NCBI GenBank assembly: GCA_014360495.1
Contig: JACIXR010000004.1
Coordinates: forward strand, 67,983 to 131,982
DNA from: a bacterium
Lineage (GTDB): Bacteria; Armatimonadota; JACIXR01
Direction of reading: 5' to 3'
DNA length: 64,000 nt
Part shown: positions 40,709 to 51,895 of the stretch, one piece after another
How the letters are laid out: every line of letters starts with the position of its first letter
Position numbering within the stretch: position 1 is the stretch's first letter
The notes under the pieces: model-generated
Told to the model about the DNA's origin: nothing
Database searches by the model: none
The model's input: only the letters and a program-made list of their open reading frames with translations
Translations under genes and position numbers: made by a program

Positions 40709-40973
40709 TCTCCAATATCTCCCCTTGTATCGTTTGTTTGAGATTTTCCCAAAATTCTTCCTCACCTTCACCACTTATCCGAAAGCTTATGACATCACCC
40801 ATCTCGCCTTGAAGGGTTAAAATGGCGCTCAAGCTCTTACCGTTCACTTCTCTGCCGTCCTTCTCCAGAATTATCTCCAGCTTGGGGTATTTTAGGGCTA
40901 AAGCCACGAGCTGAGCGGCGGGTCTTGCATGGAGTCCATCTTCTCTAGTCAATCTCAATTTAGCCTTCAACAT
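40695..40973 (-). CDS. ptsH: Phosphocarrier protein HPr
   Basis: GLHARPA and NGKS motifs. Confidence 0.93.
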   Translation of the reverse strand: MLKAKLRLTREDGLHARPAAQLVALALKYPKLEIILEKDGREVNGKSLSAILTLQGEMGDVISFRISGEGEEEFWENLKQTIQGEILEIEKD

Positions 40974-40988
40974 TTTAAATTTATTTTA

Positions 40989-42470
40989 TCATTTTCCCTC
41001 AAGCTTTTTCAAGTTCACCCCAGGAAAATAAAAATAAATGATTTGAGAGTAATTGTAGCCCTTCCTTGCCAAACCTCCACCTCCCCATTGGCAGAAACCT
41101 ATCCCATGTCCGGAGCCACCACCTATAATCTTAAATAAATTCTTTCCCCCTATGCTTTGTTTCTCAATGTAAAACAGGAGGCTTGGCAAACTTCCCTCAG
41201 AGGCAATTTGACCATTGCCAAATGCCCAGCGAATGGATTCCCCTTCCAATCTTATTTCGTTATCTTCGGTTTCTATAATTAGCGAATTCACCCTTCCAGA
41301 AGCCGTCCTTTTCTTAACTCTTATATCTTTTATTTTCCCCAACTTGAAATCGGGATTATTAAGAAGAATTGGAAGGGAGCGAGAGAAAATCTTCTGCAAT
41401 TCATCTTCCCCGTACTCGCGAACCCAACGAAAATTGGTAGCCGATTGGCAATTGAAATCCTTTGCTTTTAAAAACTTTTTAAGATTTTCCTCGTTGGAGA
41501 GGTCATAGGAGCTTGAACCATCAATCCTTGATTTTAGATAGGGAAGGGCTATTCCCCATACGCTTCCATCTTCCGTTATCCCTCCGCATGAGGAATGGAA
41601 AGGGGTTAAAGCAGGTTTCCCGTTATAGGTTATAATTATTCCTTTCGTATCCTCAATAGCTTTATTTAATTTTTCCTTTTCGTATTCGTAGCAGAGATAA
41701 ACCTGGCAATGACGGGAGCTGCAGAGGTCAAATCCTTCCGCCTTATGGCGACCCAATGAGTAAATGGCATAGGTGCGGGCGATTATGGCTTGTGCCTTCA
41801 AGCATTCTGCAGGAAAATCTTGTGGTATCTCAGCGGGCAAGACACCTTTGAGATAATCCTCCAAATCCAATTCATTTATCAAAATTGGAAGGAAATCCTT
41901 GTTTGTGCGGATTTCCAACACCCCTCTATATCTTTTTGCTTTCCCTCCTTTGCCCAAAGAGATTTTCAGCAGGGAATTCTCCGATTCGCTATTTGGGACT
42001 ATTCGGAGACAAGAAGTGGCTGGCAAGACCATTTTCCCTTCTCCTGAATCCACTTCAATCCGTGCTTCCAATTTATCCTCCTCAAAAGTGAGGATGTCTA
42101 ACCGATAATTTTTAACCCTCTCAAGAAATCCCTTTCTTGCGGAATCCGTTGCAAATCTAATGAAAGCTTCCCTTCCGTTTCTTTTCACCTCGTAGCCCAA
42201 TCTTTGCGCTTCCTTAGTCAAGTAGGATGCTTCTATTTCGTTAGGGCAGACGATTTTGAGGCAATAATTCCTAACGGACCTCCGAAGGAAGGCAATGGAT
42301 AGATTAGTAAGGGATGAGTTTATTATCTCCCCAGTAGAGGCATTAATGAAGGAGAAGGGGGTATCAGAAGAGATGGACAAATTGCTCCATCCCTTGGCTA
42401 TCTCAACTCTAACGGTTAAAGGTAGGCAAAAGCTGGCAAAAAAGAGTAAAAGTGGGAAAATCTTCCTCAA
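40989..42470 (-). CDS. SpoIID/LytB domain protein (lytic transglycosylase-like)
   Basis: YRG, LEDYLKGV..AE, KAQA..ARTY, CQVY and GHG.G.CQWG motifs; signal peptide. Confidence 0.92.
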   Translation of the reverse strand: MRKIFPLLLFFASFCLPLTVRVEIAKGWSNLSISSDTPFSFINASTGEIINSSLTNLSIAFLRRSVRNYCLKIVCPNEIEASYLTKEAQRLGYEVKRNGREAFIRFATDSARKGFLERVKNYRLDILTFEEDKLEARIEVDSGEGKMVLPATSCLRIVPNSESENSLLKISLGKGGKAKRYRGVLEIRTNKDFLPILINELDLEDYLKGVLPAEIPQDFPAECLKAQAIIARTYAIYSLGRHKAEGFDLCSSRHCQVYLCYEYEKEKLNKAIEDTKGIIITYNGKPALTPFHSSCGGITEDGSVWGIALPYLKSRIDGSSSYDLSNEENLKKFLKAKDFNCQSATNFRWVREYGEDELQKIFSRSLPILLNNPDFKLGKIKDIRVKKRTASGRVNSLIIETEDNEIRLEGESIRWAFGNGQIASEGSLPSLLFYIEKQSIGGKNLFKIIGGGSGHGIGFCQWGGGGLARKGYNYSQIIYFYFPGVNLKKLEGK

Positions 42471-42471
42471 A

Positions 42472-43425
42472 TTATAGCCTGATCACCGTCCCTCTCTTGG
42501 AGGAATTCTGCACAGCGAGGCAGACCTGAAGGGCGTTTTTGCCTACCTCGGCATCTATCTCCACTGGTTTTCCCTCCCTTATGCAATTGACGAAATAAAG
42601 AAGCTCTTCATAATAGGGGTCAACATCTTGTGGTAAAGGATATTCCTCTGGGTCCTTGTCGCCTTCTTTAAGGATAACTTTTCCGTAATCCTTCATAATT
42701 ACGACGCCCCTTGTCCCGATTATTCCCACTGCTGAAAAACCGAGCGGGTTTGACCAGGAGGAACCGAGAACGCCTATCCCCTTTGGAAAATCAATTATTG
42801 CCCATACATTATCCTCAATCGTCAAATCGGGGGTCGATTTGAGGGTTTTTCCATAAACCTTTGAGGGTTTCCCTCCCAGCCAAAGAAGGAAATCTATATC
42901 GTGGGTATTGAACTCAACCGTCATTCCGCCACTCTTCTTGGGGTCAAATAGCCAAGATGTTCTGGGAAGACCGCCCATCCTGTTTATCCAAGCCACAACA
43001 AGCTCTCCTATCCTTCCGCTAGCTAAAATCTCCTTTAAGGCTTTGAAGGATGGGAAGAAGCGCAGGACATAGCCGACCATCAATTGCACGTTGTTTTCTT
43101 GAACGGCTTTAACGATTCTATCCGCCTGGCGCATCGTGAGGGCGAGCGGCTTCTCAACAAATATGTGCTTTCCCTCCGAGGCAGAGCGAACTATCTCTCT
43201 GCAATGGACAAATGGAGGAGTGCAGATAATCACCGCATCTACCTTATCAAGATGCTTTTCCCAACCTTTGACGAATTCAGAGCCCACCTCCTGTGCTAAC
43301 CGTTTCCCTGCTTCTGGATTGACATCCGCTACCCAGGCTATCTCCGTATCCTCTATTCTGAGCAGATTCTTGGAATGGAGCCTGCCCATTCCTCCCGCTC
43401 CTATAATTCCAAATCGCAGTTTCAT
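42472..43425 (-). CDS. Gfo/Idh/MocA family oxidoreductase
   Basis: GIIGAGGMG, EKP and H.ID motifs. Confidence 0.92.
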   Translation of the reverse strand: MKLRFGIIGAGGMGRLHSKNLLRIEDTEIAWVADVNPEAGKRLAQEVGSEFVKGWEKHLDKVDAVIICTPPFVHCREIVRSASEGKHIFVEKPLALTMRQADRIVKAVQENNVQLMVGYVLRFFPSFKALKEILASGRIGELVVAWINRMGGLPRTSWLFDPKKSGGMTVEFNTHDIDFLLWLGGKPSKVYGKTLKSTPDLTIEDNVWAIIDFPKGIGVLGSSWSNPLGFSAVGIIGTRGVVIMKDYGKVILKEGDKDPEEYPLPQDVDPYYEELLYFVNCIREGKPVEIDAEVGKNALQVCLAVQNSSKRGTVIRL

Positions 43426-43517
43426 AAATTAATCGCCTCCTATCTGAAATTTTGCTTACTCTATTTTAATTCATTGTTATAATGAAAACAAACCAAATTT
43501 ATTCAAACGATGAGACT

Positions 43518-44648
43518 ATGTCCAATTTGAATGATTTTGAGAAAGTGGTTGATATAATCCTCAATATAGCGGATTTCAATGCCATTGAGCAGGGAAAAGA
43601 GAGGCAATCCGCTATTTGGGAGAATAGAGAGCCTGACTATCTTCCGATAATTTTGAGCGATTGGAATACCCCAGAGCTGAAGGGATTTAAACACTGGACC
43701 CTTAAGGAGCAGTTTTACGATAAGGAAAAGATGTTGCTTGAGCAGTTGAAAGGCTTGGTTGGGATAGCTAAAACTCACAGCGATGCCCAATTGTGCATAA
43801 GGGTTAATATGGGGGTGGGAATCCTTCCCAGCGTTTTCGGTCTGCGTGCTGTGTTCCCGCAAGACGACCAGATGCCCTGGTTTATTGGCAATCTCTCAAA
43901 GGAAGAGATATTAAGGTTAGAAATGCCATCCGATATCAGGCAGAGAGGGCTTATGCCATTTATTATTGAATATCTCCAATACTTCAAAAGCGTTCTTCCC
44001 GAGGGAATCCATATATATTGCTTTGACACTCAGGGGCCATTTGATATCGCCCATTTAATAAGAGGGCATCAAATCTACTTTGACTTATACGATGACCCCG
44101 AAGCCGCACATCATCTTTTAGATATATCAACGCAACTCTATATTGAAGCAACGAAGATATTCAAGGAAATAGTTGGCGAGCCCTTTTGCTCTGGCTATCA
44201 TGGAACGCTTTATATGAGCGGAGGAGGAGTGCGTCTTTGCGACGATTCCTCCGTCAATCTCTCTCCCTCTCTCTTCAAGGAGTTTTCTCTCCCATACATA
44301 AAGAGGGCGCTTGCTCCCTTTGGTGGAGGGTGGGTACATTTTTGTGGAGATGGTAATCATCTTTTGGATATGTATTTGGAGTTGGAAGAGGTGAAGGGAT
44401 TGAATTTCGGAAATCCAGAGAAATACGATTACGAGAAGACGATGGAGAAGATAACCTCAAAGGGAAAGTTTTATGTCGGTTATATTCCGAGAAGGGAAAA
44501 GGAGAGTTTGGAGGATTATTTTAAGAGAATCCTGTCGCCCCTGAAGAGCAAGAGGGGGTTAATTCTGCAGATGAATAGAGGAGGGGAAAGCGCCTCAGAA
44601 ACGCTTGACTTATGGCGTTCCTTACAGGATAAACTCTTTAGTTATTAG
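43518..44648 (+). CDS. UroD/MtaA-like TIM-barrel protein
   Basis: DTQGPFD.A..IRG...Y.D.YD.PE, LSP..F.EF..PY and HFCG motifs. A TGnTATAAT box overlaps the track ATG 43482, so ATG 43518 is preferred. Confidence 0.7.
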   Translation: MSNLNDFEKVVDIILNIADFNAIEQGKERQSAIWENREPDYLPIILSDWNTPELKGFKHWTLKEQFYDKEKMLLEQLKGLVGIAKTHSDAQLCIRVNMGVGILPSVFGLRAVFPQDDQMPWFIGNLSKEEILRLEMPSDIRQRGLMPFIIEYLQYFKSVLPEGIHIYCFDTQGPFDIAHLIRGHQIYFDLYDDPEAAHHLLDISTQLYIEATKIFKEIVGEPFCSGYHGTLYMSGGGVRLCDDSSVNLSPSLFKEFSLPYIKRALAPFGGGWVHFCGDGNHLLDMYLELEEVKGLNFGNPEKYDYEKTMEKITSKGKFYVGYIPRREKESLEDYFKRILSPLKSKRGLILQMNRGGESASETLDLWRSLQDKLFSY

Positions 44649-46086
44649 AGGCGGATTTCACTTTCTCCAATTCGTCTTTGAGTATTTTGGAGGCAAGGGA
44701 TGGATTGGCTTTCCCCTTTGTTTTCCTCATTATCTGCCCCATAAGATATCCCATTGCCTTCTCCTTGCCTTTTAGATATTGCTCAACTGCGTCCGTTTCC
44801 TCTTTAATCACTGCCTCCACCACTTTCCTTATCTCCGCTTCATCCGTTATCTGTAATAAGCCCCTCTTTTCTATAATCTCTTTTGGCGGAGTCCCCTTCA
44901 AAACCACTTCCGGGAAGATATCTTTGGCAATTTTTATACTTATTATCCCGTCGTCCATCAGCTTGAGCATCTCCACTAACAATCCAGCTTTGAAAGGCAC
45001 TTCCTCTATGCTCTTCTTCTCAGTATTTAGGATTCCTTGAAAGTCAGATATCAGCCAGTTAGCTATCTTTTTAGGATAGGGATAAAGGGAAACAGCTTCC
45101 TCAAAAATTTTTGACAAAGGGAGAGAAAGGACGAGGATGTGGGCTTCCTCTTTTGATAGACCCATCTCCCGCACGAACCTTTCCTCCTTATTTGCTGGTA
45201 GCTCGGGAATTCTTTTCTTTATTTCCTCCAACCATTCCTCGCTCACGACTATGGGAGGGATATCGGGCTCTGGGAAGTAGCGATAATCGTGAGCTTCCTC
45301 CTTGCCTCGCATTGAGAAGGTCTCCTTCTTCTCCTCATTCCATCCTCTCGTTTCCTGTTCAATCTTTCCTCCTGCTCCCAATATCTTCAATTGGCGATTT
45401 ATCTCGTATTCCAATGCTTCTGCGACCGCTCTTATTGAGCCCAAGTTCTTTATCTCAACCTTCGTTCCCCAAGTATTTGTTTCCAAATCGTAAAGAGATA
45501 TATTCGGCTCGCATCTTAAAGAACCCTCCTCCATCTTTCCATCGCAGACGCCGAGATACTGCAAAAGGAGGCGAAGTCGCTCCATATACTCCTTCGCTTC
45601 CTCAGGGGAGTTGATGTCTGGCTCTGTCACTATCTCCATCAAGGGGACGCCTGAGCGATTGAAATCTATGTAGCTCTTATCGCCTACATGGATTAGCCTA
45701 CCAGTGTCTTCCTCTAAATGCACTCTTCTTATGCGTATGACTTTCTTCCTCCCACCAACCTCTATTTCCAAAGTTCCCTCTTTACCTATGGGGAGTTCGT
45801 ATTGGCTGATTTGGTAGTTCTTTGGTAAATCGGGATAAAAATAATTCTTCCTCGCGAACTTAGCAAGAGGAGCAATTTGGCAGTTTAAGGCTAAAGCAGT
45901 CATAATAGTGAACTCCACAGCTTTCTTATTGGTCACGGGAAGGACCCCGGGAAATCCAAGGCAGATTGGACAGGTCTGGGTATTGGGGGCTTCCCCGAAT
46001 TTAGTCGGGCAGCGGCAAAACATCTTCGTTGTTGTGAGGAGCTCGGCGTGGACCTCCATTCCGATAACGGGAAGATATCTTGGCAT
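44638..46086 (-). CDS. gatB: Asp/Glu-tRNA amidotransferase subunit B
   Basis: [30 protein letters not shown] and DYRYFPEPD motifs. Confidence 0.97.
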   Translation of the reverse strand: MPRYLPVIGMEVHAELLTTTKMFCRCPTKFGEAPNTQTCPICLGFPGVLPVTNKKAVEFTIMTALALNCQIAPLAKFARKNYFYPDLPKNYQISQYELPIGKEGTLEIEVGGRKKVIRIRRVHLEEDTGRLIHVGDKSYIDFNRSGVPLMEIVTEPDINSPEEAKEYMERLRLLLQYLGVCDGKMEEGSLRCEPNISLYDLETNTWGTKVEIKNLGSIRAVAEALEYEINRQLKILGAGGKIEQETRGWNEEKKETFSMRGKEEAHDYRYFPEPDIPPIVVSEEWLEEIKKRIPELPANKEERFVREMGLSKEEAHILVLSLPLSKIFEEAVSLYPYPKKIANWLISDFQGILNTEKKSIEEVPFKAGLLVEMLKLMDDGIISIKIAKDIFPEVVLKGTPPKEIIEKRGLLQITDEAEIRKVVEAVIKEETDAVEQYLKGKEKAMGYLMGQIMRKTKGKANPSLASKILKDELEKVKSASNN

Positions 46087-46102
46087 ACATCTCCTCCTTT
46101 TT

Positions 46103-47047
46103 TCAGAGACTCTCTATATATTTTAGCAGATTTTGGAAGGATTGAGGAAGAGGGGAATTGAAGGTTAAATGTTCGTTTTTGAAAGGATGGAGGAAGGAAA
46201 GATAATAGGCGAAAAGCGCCTGCCCATTTAATTCCTTGAGAAGATTTCGCATTTCAGGGGAGTAGCTGTGTTTCGGTGCGTAGAGCTGGTCTCCTACTAT
46301 GGGATGTCCTAAAAAGGCGCAATGGACACGCACTTGATGTGTTCTACCAGTATACAAAATAGCTTCCAATAAAGAGAATCCCTTATAATTCTTTATTCTC
46401 CTCAGCATAGTCTTTGCCTCTTTGCCTCTTTTGTGGACTATCACTTTATCGCTATGGGGAACTCTCATAAGCGGCATATCAACTATTTTTTCCTCATAAG
46501 GGAATTCCTTGTGAACAAGGGCGATGTAGCGTCTATCAATCTGCTTCTCTCTTATCATTTTAGCGAGCTTGAGGTGAGCGGGGTCGGTCTTGGCTACTAT
46601 CAAGAGCCCGCCAGTATCTCTATCCAAGCGGTGGACGATACCGGGACGCAGGGGAGAGCCAATTGAGGAAAGGTTGAAGCGGGAAAGAAGAGCATTAACG
46701 AGGGTTCCGCTCCTTTTATTACCCACTGGATGGGTAAGCATTCCGAAAGGTTTCTCCACAACCGCTAAAAATTCGTCTTCGTACAGAATATTTATGTCTA
46801 TCTTCTCCGGTTTTATCTCAAGGGGAGGAGGTGGGGGAATTATCACTTCTATTTCCTCGCCTCCTTTAAGCTTATAAGAGGGCTTGACATTTCTTCCATC
46901 AACGAAAACATTTCCTTGTTTAATCAATTGCTCTATTCGACTGCGAGATAGGCGGGGGTAGAGGCATTCGCTCAAATACACGTCTAACCTCTTCCCCTTA
47001 TCTTTTCCGATAACCTTTATGTTTTCTCCCTTTTCAATCTCAGCCAA
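46103..47047 (-). CDS. rluD: RluA/RluD family pseudouridine synthase
   Basis: S4 domain; [10 protein letters not shown] and [10 protein letters not shown] motifs. Confidence 0.9.
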   Translation of the reverse strand: MAEIEKGENIKVIGKDKGKRLDVYLSECLYPRLSRSRIEQLIKQGNVFVDGRNVKPSYKLKGGEEIEVIIPPPPPLEIKPEKIDINILYEDEFLAVVEKPFGMLTHPVGNKRSGTLVNALLSRFNLSSIGSPLRPGIVHRLDRDTGGLLIVAKTDPAHLKLAKMIREKQIDRRYIALVHKEFPYEEKIVDMPLMRVPHSDKVIVHKRGKEAKTMLRRIKNYKGFSLLEAILYTGRTHQVRVHCAFLGHPIVGDQLYAPKHSYSPEMRNLLKELNGQALFAYYLSFLHPFKNEHLTFNSPLPQSFQNLLKYIESL

Positions 47048-47766
47048 AGGCAGACACCGATTATGAAAAGGACTAAACTCGCCATCTGACCTTGCGTGAT
47101 TCCATCAAGGAGAATCTCGGCAGTTGCCCCTTTTCTCAGGATTTCCGCGAGGGAACGGTAGAAAGCGTATAGCATCATATAGAGAGCAAAGGTTTGTCCA
47201 GCAGCGCTTTTTCTTTTGTCATACCACAAAAGGAGGAACATGAAGAGGATGTTAGCTGCGAAGGCGTAGAGCTGAACGGGATGACGTGGTTCCGGAGGAA
47301 AGACGGTGGGGAATTTGACTCCGATGGGAAGGCTGGTGGGGACACCGTAGCAACAGCCGTTGAGGAAACAGCCTATACGTCCGAATGCATAGCCGAGAGT
47401 AAGGGAAGGGGTAAGTAGGTCGGCTAATTGCCAAAAGTTTACATTTCTACGCCTGGCGAAGATGATTGCGGTGAGGACACCCGCTCCAAGAGAGCCATAG
47501 AAGGAGAGTCCGCCGTTCCAAATCGCTATTATTTGAATTGGGTTATGGAAGTAAAAACGCAAATTGAGTAGGACATAAACGAATCTTCCACCTATTATCC
47601 CGGCTAAGAGGAGGTAAAGAGCCAAATCCAAGATGGCGGATTTGGAAATTGAGTATTTTTCCGCCCTTTTTATCGCCAACCAATAACCGAGGATAAAGCC
47701 AATCAATAGCATAGTGCCCCAGGAACGCACCGCTAAGGGACCAATTTTAAATATTATCGGATACAT
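47017..47766 (-). CDS. lgt: Prolipoprotein diacylglyceryl transferase
   Basis: GGLS.YG, GRIGCFLNGCCYG and HPVQLY motifs. Confidence 0.95.
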   Translation of the reverse strand: MYPIIFKIGPLAVRSWGTMLLIGFILGYWLAIKRAEKYSISKSAILDLALYLLLAGIIGGRFVYVLLNLRFYFHNPIQIIAIWNGGLSFYGSLGAGVLTAIIFARRRNVNFWQLADLLTPSLTLGYAFGRIGCFLNGCCYGVPTSLPIGVKFPTVFPPEPRHPVQLYAFAANILFMFLLLWYDKRKSAAGQTFALYMMLYAFYRSLAEILRKGATAEILLDGITQGQMASLVLFIIGVCLWLRLKREKT

Positions 47767-48190
47767 CTTCCTTTCCTCCCTTTTTCCTCAAAGTGGATAT
47801 AAGTGTGAGTATAACGCCTAATAAGATGCAGATATCCGCGATATTGAAAACTGGCCAAAAGCGGATATGGATGAAGTCGACCACATAACCAAGCCTGATT
47901 CTATCAAGGATATTTCCCAATGCCCCTCCAACGATTAAATAAAGATAAGGTGAATGCTCTCGCCAGAAATAAACAAGCAGAATGACAATAGTTAAGCTGA
48001 GGAGGGAGAGGAAGAGGGAATTGAAAGCGGAGAGCGCTCCGAAAGCAATCCCTTTATTTTCGGTTAGAGTTAGGTAGAGGAAGCGAGGAATTAGGGGAAC
48101 GGAGATGCCGGATGGACAGTTCTTCAAAGCCCAAATCTTGCTAACTTGGTCGATGATAAAGGCTGAGAGGGCAAGGGCAATTTTCAGCAA
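47747..48190 (-). CDS. lspA: Lipoprotein signal peptidase II
   Basis: DQ.SK, N.G.AFG, GALGN..DR, VVDF and FN.AD motifs. TTG 48190 is the likely start. Confidence 0.95.
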   Translation of the reverse strand: MLKIALALSAFIIDQVSKIWALKNCPSGISVPLIPRFLYLTLTENKGIAFGALSAFNSLFLSLLSLTIVILLVYFWREHSPYLYLIVGGALGNILDRIRLGYVVDFIHIRFWPVFNIADICILLGVILTLISTLRKKGGKEDVSDNI

Positions 48191-50967
48191 GGTTTTATCT
48201 TTCTGTCCCGCAAGATGGAGGCACATCTCTCGCATAAATCTGGATACTCCTGGTCCTTTCCCACGCTTTCCTTTATCTGCCAACAGCGAGCGCATTTTTC
48301 TCCCTTTGCCTTTGATATCACAACCTTTATGCCCTCAACCTCTTTGCTTTCCTCAGGGGCTTCGGAAAGGAGATGGTAACTCGCCGAAGATGTTATCAAT
48401 ATATCGGAAAGCTTGCTATCCACAATCTTCAAGACCTGATAATCTTCCTCCGGCAAGTATACCTCCACACTCGCCTCCAAGGGATTAGAGATGAGCCCCT
48501 TCGCTCGTTCTTCCTCTATCTGTTTGTAGATTTTCCTTCTCAAATTCAATATCCTGTCCCAATTCCTCTCCAATTCCTCGTTGATAAACACCTCTTTTAC
48601 AGAGGGCCAATCCATAAGGTGAACGCTTTCTGGTTTCCCCTCCCAATTCGGAAGATTTTGGAACGCTTCTTCAGATGTATGTGGCATTATGGGCGCGAGG
48701 ATGGTTATCATTGTCTGGGCAATTTGAAAAAGGGTAGTTTGTGCTGATAGGCGTTCAAAAGAGTTGGGTGGATATATGTAAAGGCGGTCCTTGAGGATAT
48801 CAAGATAAAACGCGGAGAGCCAATTGACGCAAAAATCCAAAACCATATGGTAAACTCTATGGAATTGGAATTGCTCATAGGCATCAGTGATAGCGGATAC
48901 CAACCTCTGCAATTTTGACAGCATAAACTTATCCAAACTCACCAAGCGTTCGTAGGGAAGAGGATTGGCGGGATTGAAGTCGTAGAGATTGCCCAATATG
49001 AATCTGATTGTGTTTCTTATCTTGCGGTAGGATTCAGCAACCTGCCCAACGATTTCAAATGACATATGCACATCTTCCGTGCAATTGAGGGAGGATATCC
49101 ATAGCCTAAGGACATCTGCGCCGAACCGCTCCACAACTTCCAGAGGAGATATCACATTCCCCAAGCTTTTATGCATCGGATGTCCCTCCGCATCCAACAC
49201 CCATCCATTCGTTATCACTGTCTTATAAGGAGCTTGCCCCTTGATGGCGACGGCTATCATAAGAGAAGAGTTGAACCATCCCCTATGTTGGTCTGAGCCC
49301 TCAAGGTATATGTCTGCTGGCCAGCGGTGTCCCTTTCTTTTTTCCAAAACGCATAGGTGGCTGGAGCCTGAATCAAACCAAACATCAAGTATATCCTTTT
49401 CCTTTCGGAATGAGGAAGCTCCACACTTGGGACAGGTAAACCCCTCAGGCAGAATTTCCTCTGGCGGCAGCTCAAACCAAGCATCGGAACCCTTTTCCTT
49501 GATTAGATTGTAAACTCTCTCCACAGTTTTTGGGGTGATGATTACCTCTCCGCAATTCTCACAGTAAAATGCGGGTATCCCAACGCCCCAAGCCCTCTGG
49601 CGGGATAGACACCAATCGGGGCGAGTTTTCACCATGTTATAAATGCGGTTAATCATTTGGGGAGGAATCCAGCGGGTTTTCTCTATTTCTTGAAGGCATT
49701 TTTCCCTGTGCCCTTGATGGTCTATGTTCATAAACCACTGGATAGTGGCTCTGAATATCAGGGGATTTTTACATCTCCAACAGTGAGGATACTCGTGAGT
49801 TATCTCGCCTGACTTGAGAAGAAGCCCTCTTTCCTCCAAAACCCTTATAACAGCCTGATTACCCTCTCCCATTACAGGGAGACCAGCGAATTCTCCCGCT
49901 TCCTCAGTGAACACCCCATCTGCGTTCACTGGACTGAGGATGGGGAGATTGTAAGCCTTCCCAACAAGGTAGTCTTCCTCACCATGTCCGGGAGCGGAAT
50001 GCACGAGTCCTGAACCCTGCTCCGAAGTGACGAATTCGCTGAGCACGATGGGCGATTCACGAGGGAAGAAGGGGTGAGAGAAGACAACGCCTTCCAGTTC
50101 TCGTCCCTTTAATTTCTTCTCAACCCTTGCTTCTCCCCATCCAAGTTCCTCCCTAACCTTCTCAAGCAATTCCTCAGCCACAACATATCTCTTACCATTT
50201 ACATTCACAACGAGATAATGGAAATCAGGATGAACCATTATGGCGACATTTCCTGGGATTGTCCAAGGCGTGGTTGTCCAGATGATTGCATAAGCATCTT
50301 CAACCTTTCCCTTGCCATCCTTCAAGGGAAATGCGACCCAGATGGAGGGGGAGACCTTCTCCTTATATTCTATCTCCGCCTCAGCGAGGGCGGTTTTGCA
50401 ATGGAAGCACCAGAGAATAGGCTTTAATGTGCGATAAATGTAGCCTTTAAAATAAAGTTCGCCGAAAATACGCACGAGTTCAGCTTCGTATTCGTTATCC
50501 ATTGTCAGATAGGGATTTTCCCAATCACCTATTATCCCCAATCGCTTGAACTGTTTTTTCTGTACCTCAATGAAGTGAGCTGCAAAAGCACGACATCGCT
50601 GGCGAATGAGGATTATATTGGGCTCTATCTTCTCCTTAAGGATTTCCTCCTGCACTTCCTTTTCAATCGGCATCCCGTGATTATCCCAACCGGGGACGAA
50701 GGGGGCATAGAATCCCTTCAACATCTTATAACGAACGATTATATCCTTGAGAATCTTATTAAGAGCGTGCCCCATATGAATATCTCCGTTGGAATAAGGG
50801 GGTCCATCGTGAAGTATGAAGATAGGATTGCCCTCCCTTTTTGCGAGGATTTTTTCGTAGAGTTTCATCTCGTCCCATTTTCTTTGAAAATCTATTTCCC
50901 TGATAGGGAGGTTTGCTTTCATAGGGAAGTGGGTTTTGGGGAGGTTGAGGGTTTCGCTGTAGTCCAA
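48184..50967 (-). CDS. ileS: Isoleucine--tRNA ligase (type 1)
   Basis: HDGPPY, HMGH, WCLSRQR, EGSDQHRGWF, MHKS motifs and a C-terminal Zn finger. Confidence 0.98.
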   Translation of the reverse strand: MDYSETLNLPKTHFPMKANLPIREIDFQRKWDEMKLYEKILAKREGNPIFILHDGPPYSNGDIHMGHALNKILKDIIVRYKMLKGFYAPFVPGWDNHGMPIEKEVQEEILKEKIEPNIILIRQRCRAFAAHFIEVQKKQFKRLGIIGDWENPYLTMDNEYEAELVRIFGELYFKGYIYRTLKPILWCFHCKTALAEAEIEYKEKVSPSIWVAFPLKDGKGKVEDAYAIIWTTTPWTIPGNVAIMVHPDFHYLVVNVNGKRYVVAEELLEKVREELGWGEARVEKKLKGRELEGVVFSHPFFPRESPIVLSEFVTSEQGSGLVHSAPGHGEEDYLVGKAYNLPILSPVNADGVFTEEAGEFAGLPVMGEGNQAVIRVLEERGLLLKSGEITHEYPHCWRCKNPLIFRATIQWFMNIDHQGHREKCLQEIEKTRWIPPQMINRIYNMVKTRPDWCLSRQRAWGVGIPAFYCENCGEVIITPKTVERVYNLIKEKGSDAWFELPPEEILPEGFTCPKCGASSFRKEKDILDVWFDSGSSHLCVLEKRKGHRWPADIYLEGSDQHRGWFNSSLMIAVAIKGQAPYKTVITNGWVLDAEGHPMHKSLGNVISPLEVVERFGADVLRLWISSLNCTEDVHMSFEIVGQVAESYRKIRNTIRFILGNLYDFNPANPLPYERLVSLDKFMLSKLQRLVSAITDAYEQFQFHRVYHMVLDFCVNWLSAFYLDILKDRLYIYPPNSFERLSAQTTLFQIAQTMITILAPIMPHTSEEAFQNLPNWEGKPESVHLMDWPSVKEVFINEELERNWDRILNLRRKIYKQIEEERAKGLISNPLEASVEVYLPEEDYQVLKIVDSKLSDILITSSASYHLLSEAPEESKEVEGIKVVISKAKGEKCARCWQIKESVGKDQEYPDLCERCASILRDRKIKPC

Positions 50968-50969
50968 AG

Positions 50970-51815
50970 CTATACACCTCCTATCTTGGAGAGGAAGTCG
51001 GAAAGGGCTTCCTGCCAGTTTCTAAGGGGGGTAAAGCCGAAGCTTTCCCAGCAGAGTGAACGGAGGGCGGAATAGGGAGGACGCTTAGCGGGGCTGGGCC
51101 ACTCCGAAGAAGTTATGGGATTTATTTTTGTGTCCAATCCCGAGAGGGAAACTATCCGCTGGGCGAAATTAAACCAAGATGTTTCTCCGCTGTTAGTTAT
51201 ATGATAAATGCCATAGAAAGGAGAATATATGAGCTGAGAGATTGCCTGGGCTAAATCGTATGTATAGGTTGGGGAGACAATCTGATCGGCAACCACGCCC
51301 AAAGGTTTTCCTTCCCCCGCTTTATTCAAAATGGTTGTCACAAAATTTTTCCCCTTCTCGCCGAATAAAGCCGCTGTCCTGATGATGAAGAAGCGTTTCA
51401 AGAGCATGGAGACCATCTTCTCGCCACCCAGTTTTGATTTCCCATATTGATTTATTGGATTTGGCTCGTCTATCTCAACATAGGGCTTTCCCTTACTGCC
51501 ATCAAATACATAATCCGTGCTGATGTAAACAAGGAGTGCATCAAGATGGGCGCAGGCGGTGGCAACCGCCCAGGTTCCAACTGTGTTAACGAGATAGGCT
51601 TTATTCGGCTCAAGTTCGCATTGGTCCACATTTGTGAAGGCGGCGCAATGGATAACCGCATCAGGTTTCAGGTAGGAAAAGACATCTAAAACCTTCTTTG
51701 TATCCGTAACATCCAAGTCCTCTTTGGATAAAGGTATGAGTTCCTCTTTATCCGAGAGGACTTTCTGAATATCGGAAGCTAACATTCCTTTTGCGCCTGT
51801 CAAAATTATTCTCAT
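50970..51815 (-). CDS. rfbD: dTDP-4-dehydrorhamnose reductase
   Basis: GAKGML, ISTDYVFDG, YGKSK and RP.YS motifs. Confidence 0.95.
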   Translation of the reverse strand: MRIILTGAKGMLASDIQKVLSDKEELIPLSKEDLDVTDTKKVLDVFSYLKPDAVIHCAAFTNVDQCELEPNKAYLVNTVGTWAVATACAHLDALLVYISTDYVFDGSKGKPYVEIDEPNPINQYGKSKLGGEKMVSMLLKRFFIIRTAALFGEKGKNFVTTILNKAGEGKPLGVVADQIVSPTYTYDLAQAISQLIYSPFYGIYHITNSGETSWFNFAQRIVSLSGLDTKINPITSSEWPSPAKRPPYSALRSLCWESFGFTPLRNWQEALSDFLSKIGGV

Positions 51816-51895
51816 GGCATTAGAAAGGGGAGAAACATTATGATGGCTTTTGATATTTTATATCAGAAAATCATTAAATTGGCAAGGAGAAGGCT

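Noticed and set aside
50968-51895. T-box upstream of ileS
   Set aside because: ileS follows rfbD after 2 nt, and the 80-nt gap before rfbD has no T-box motif.
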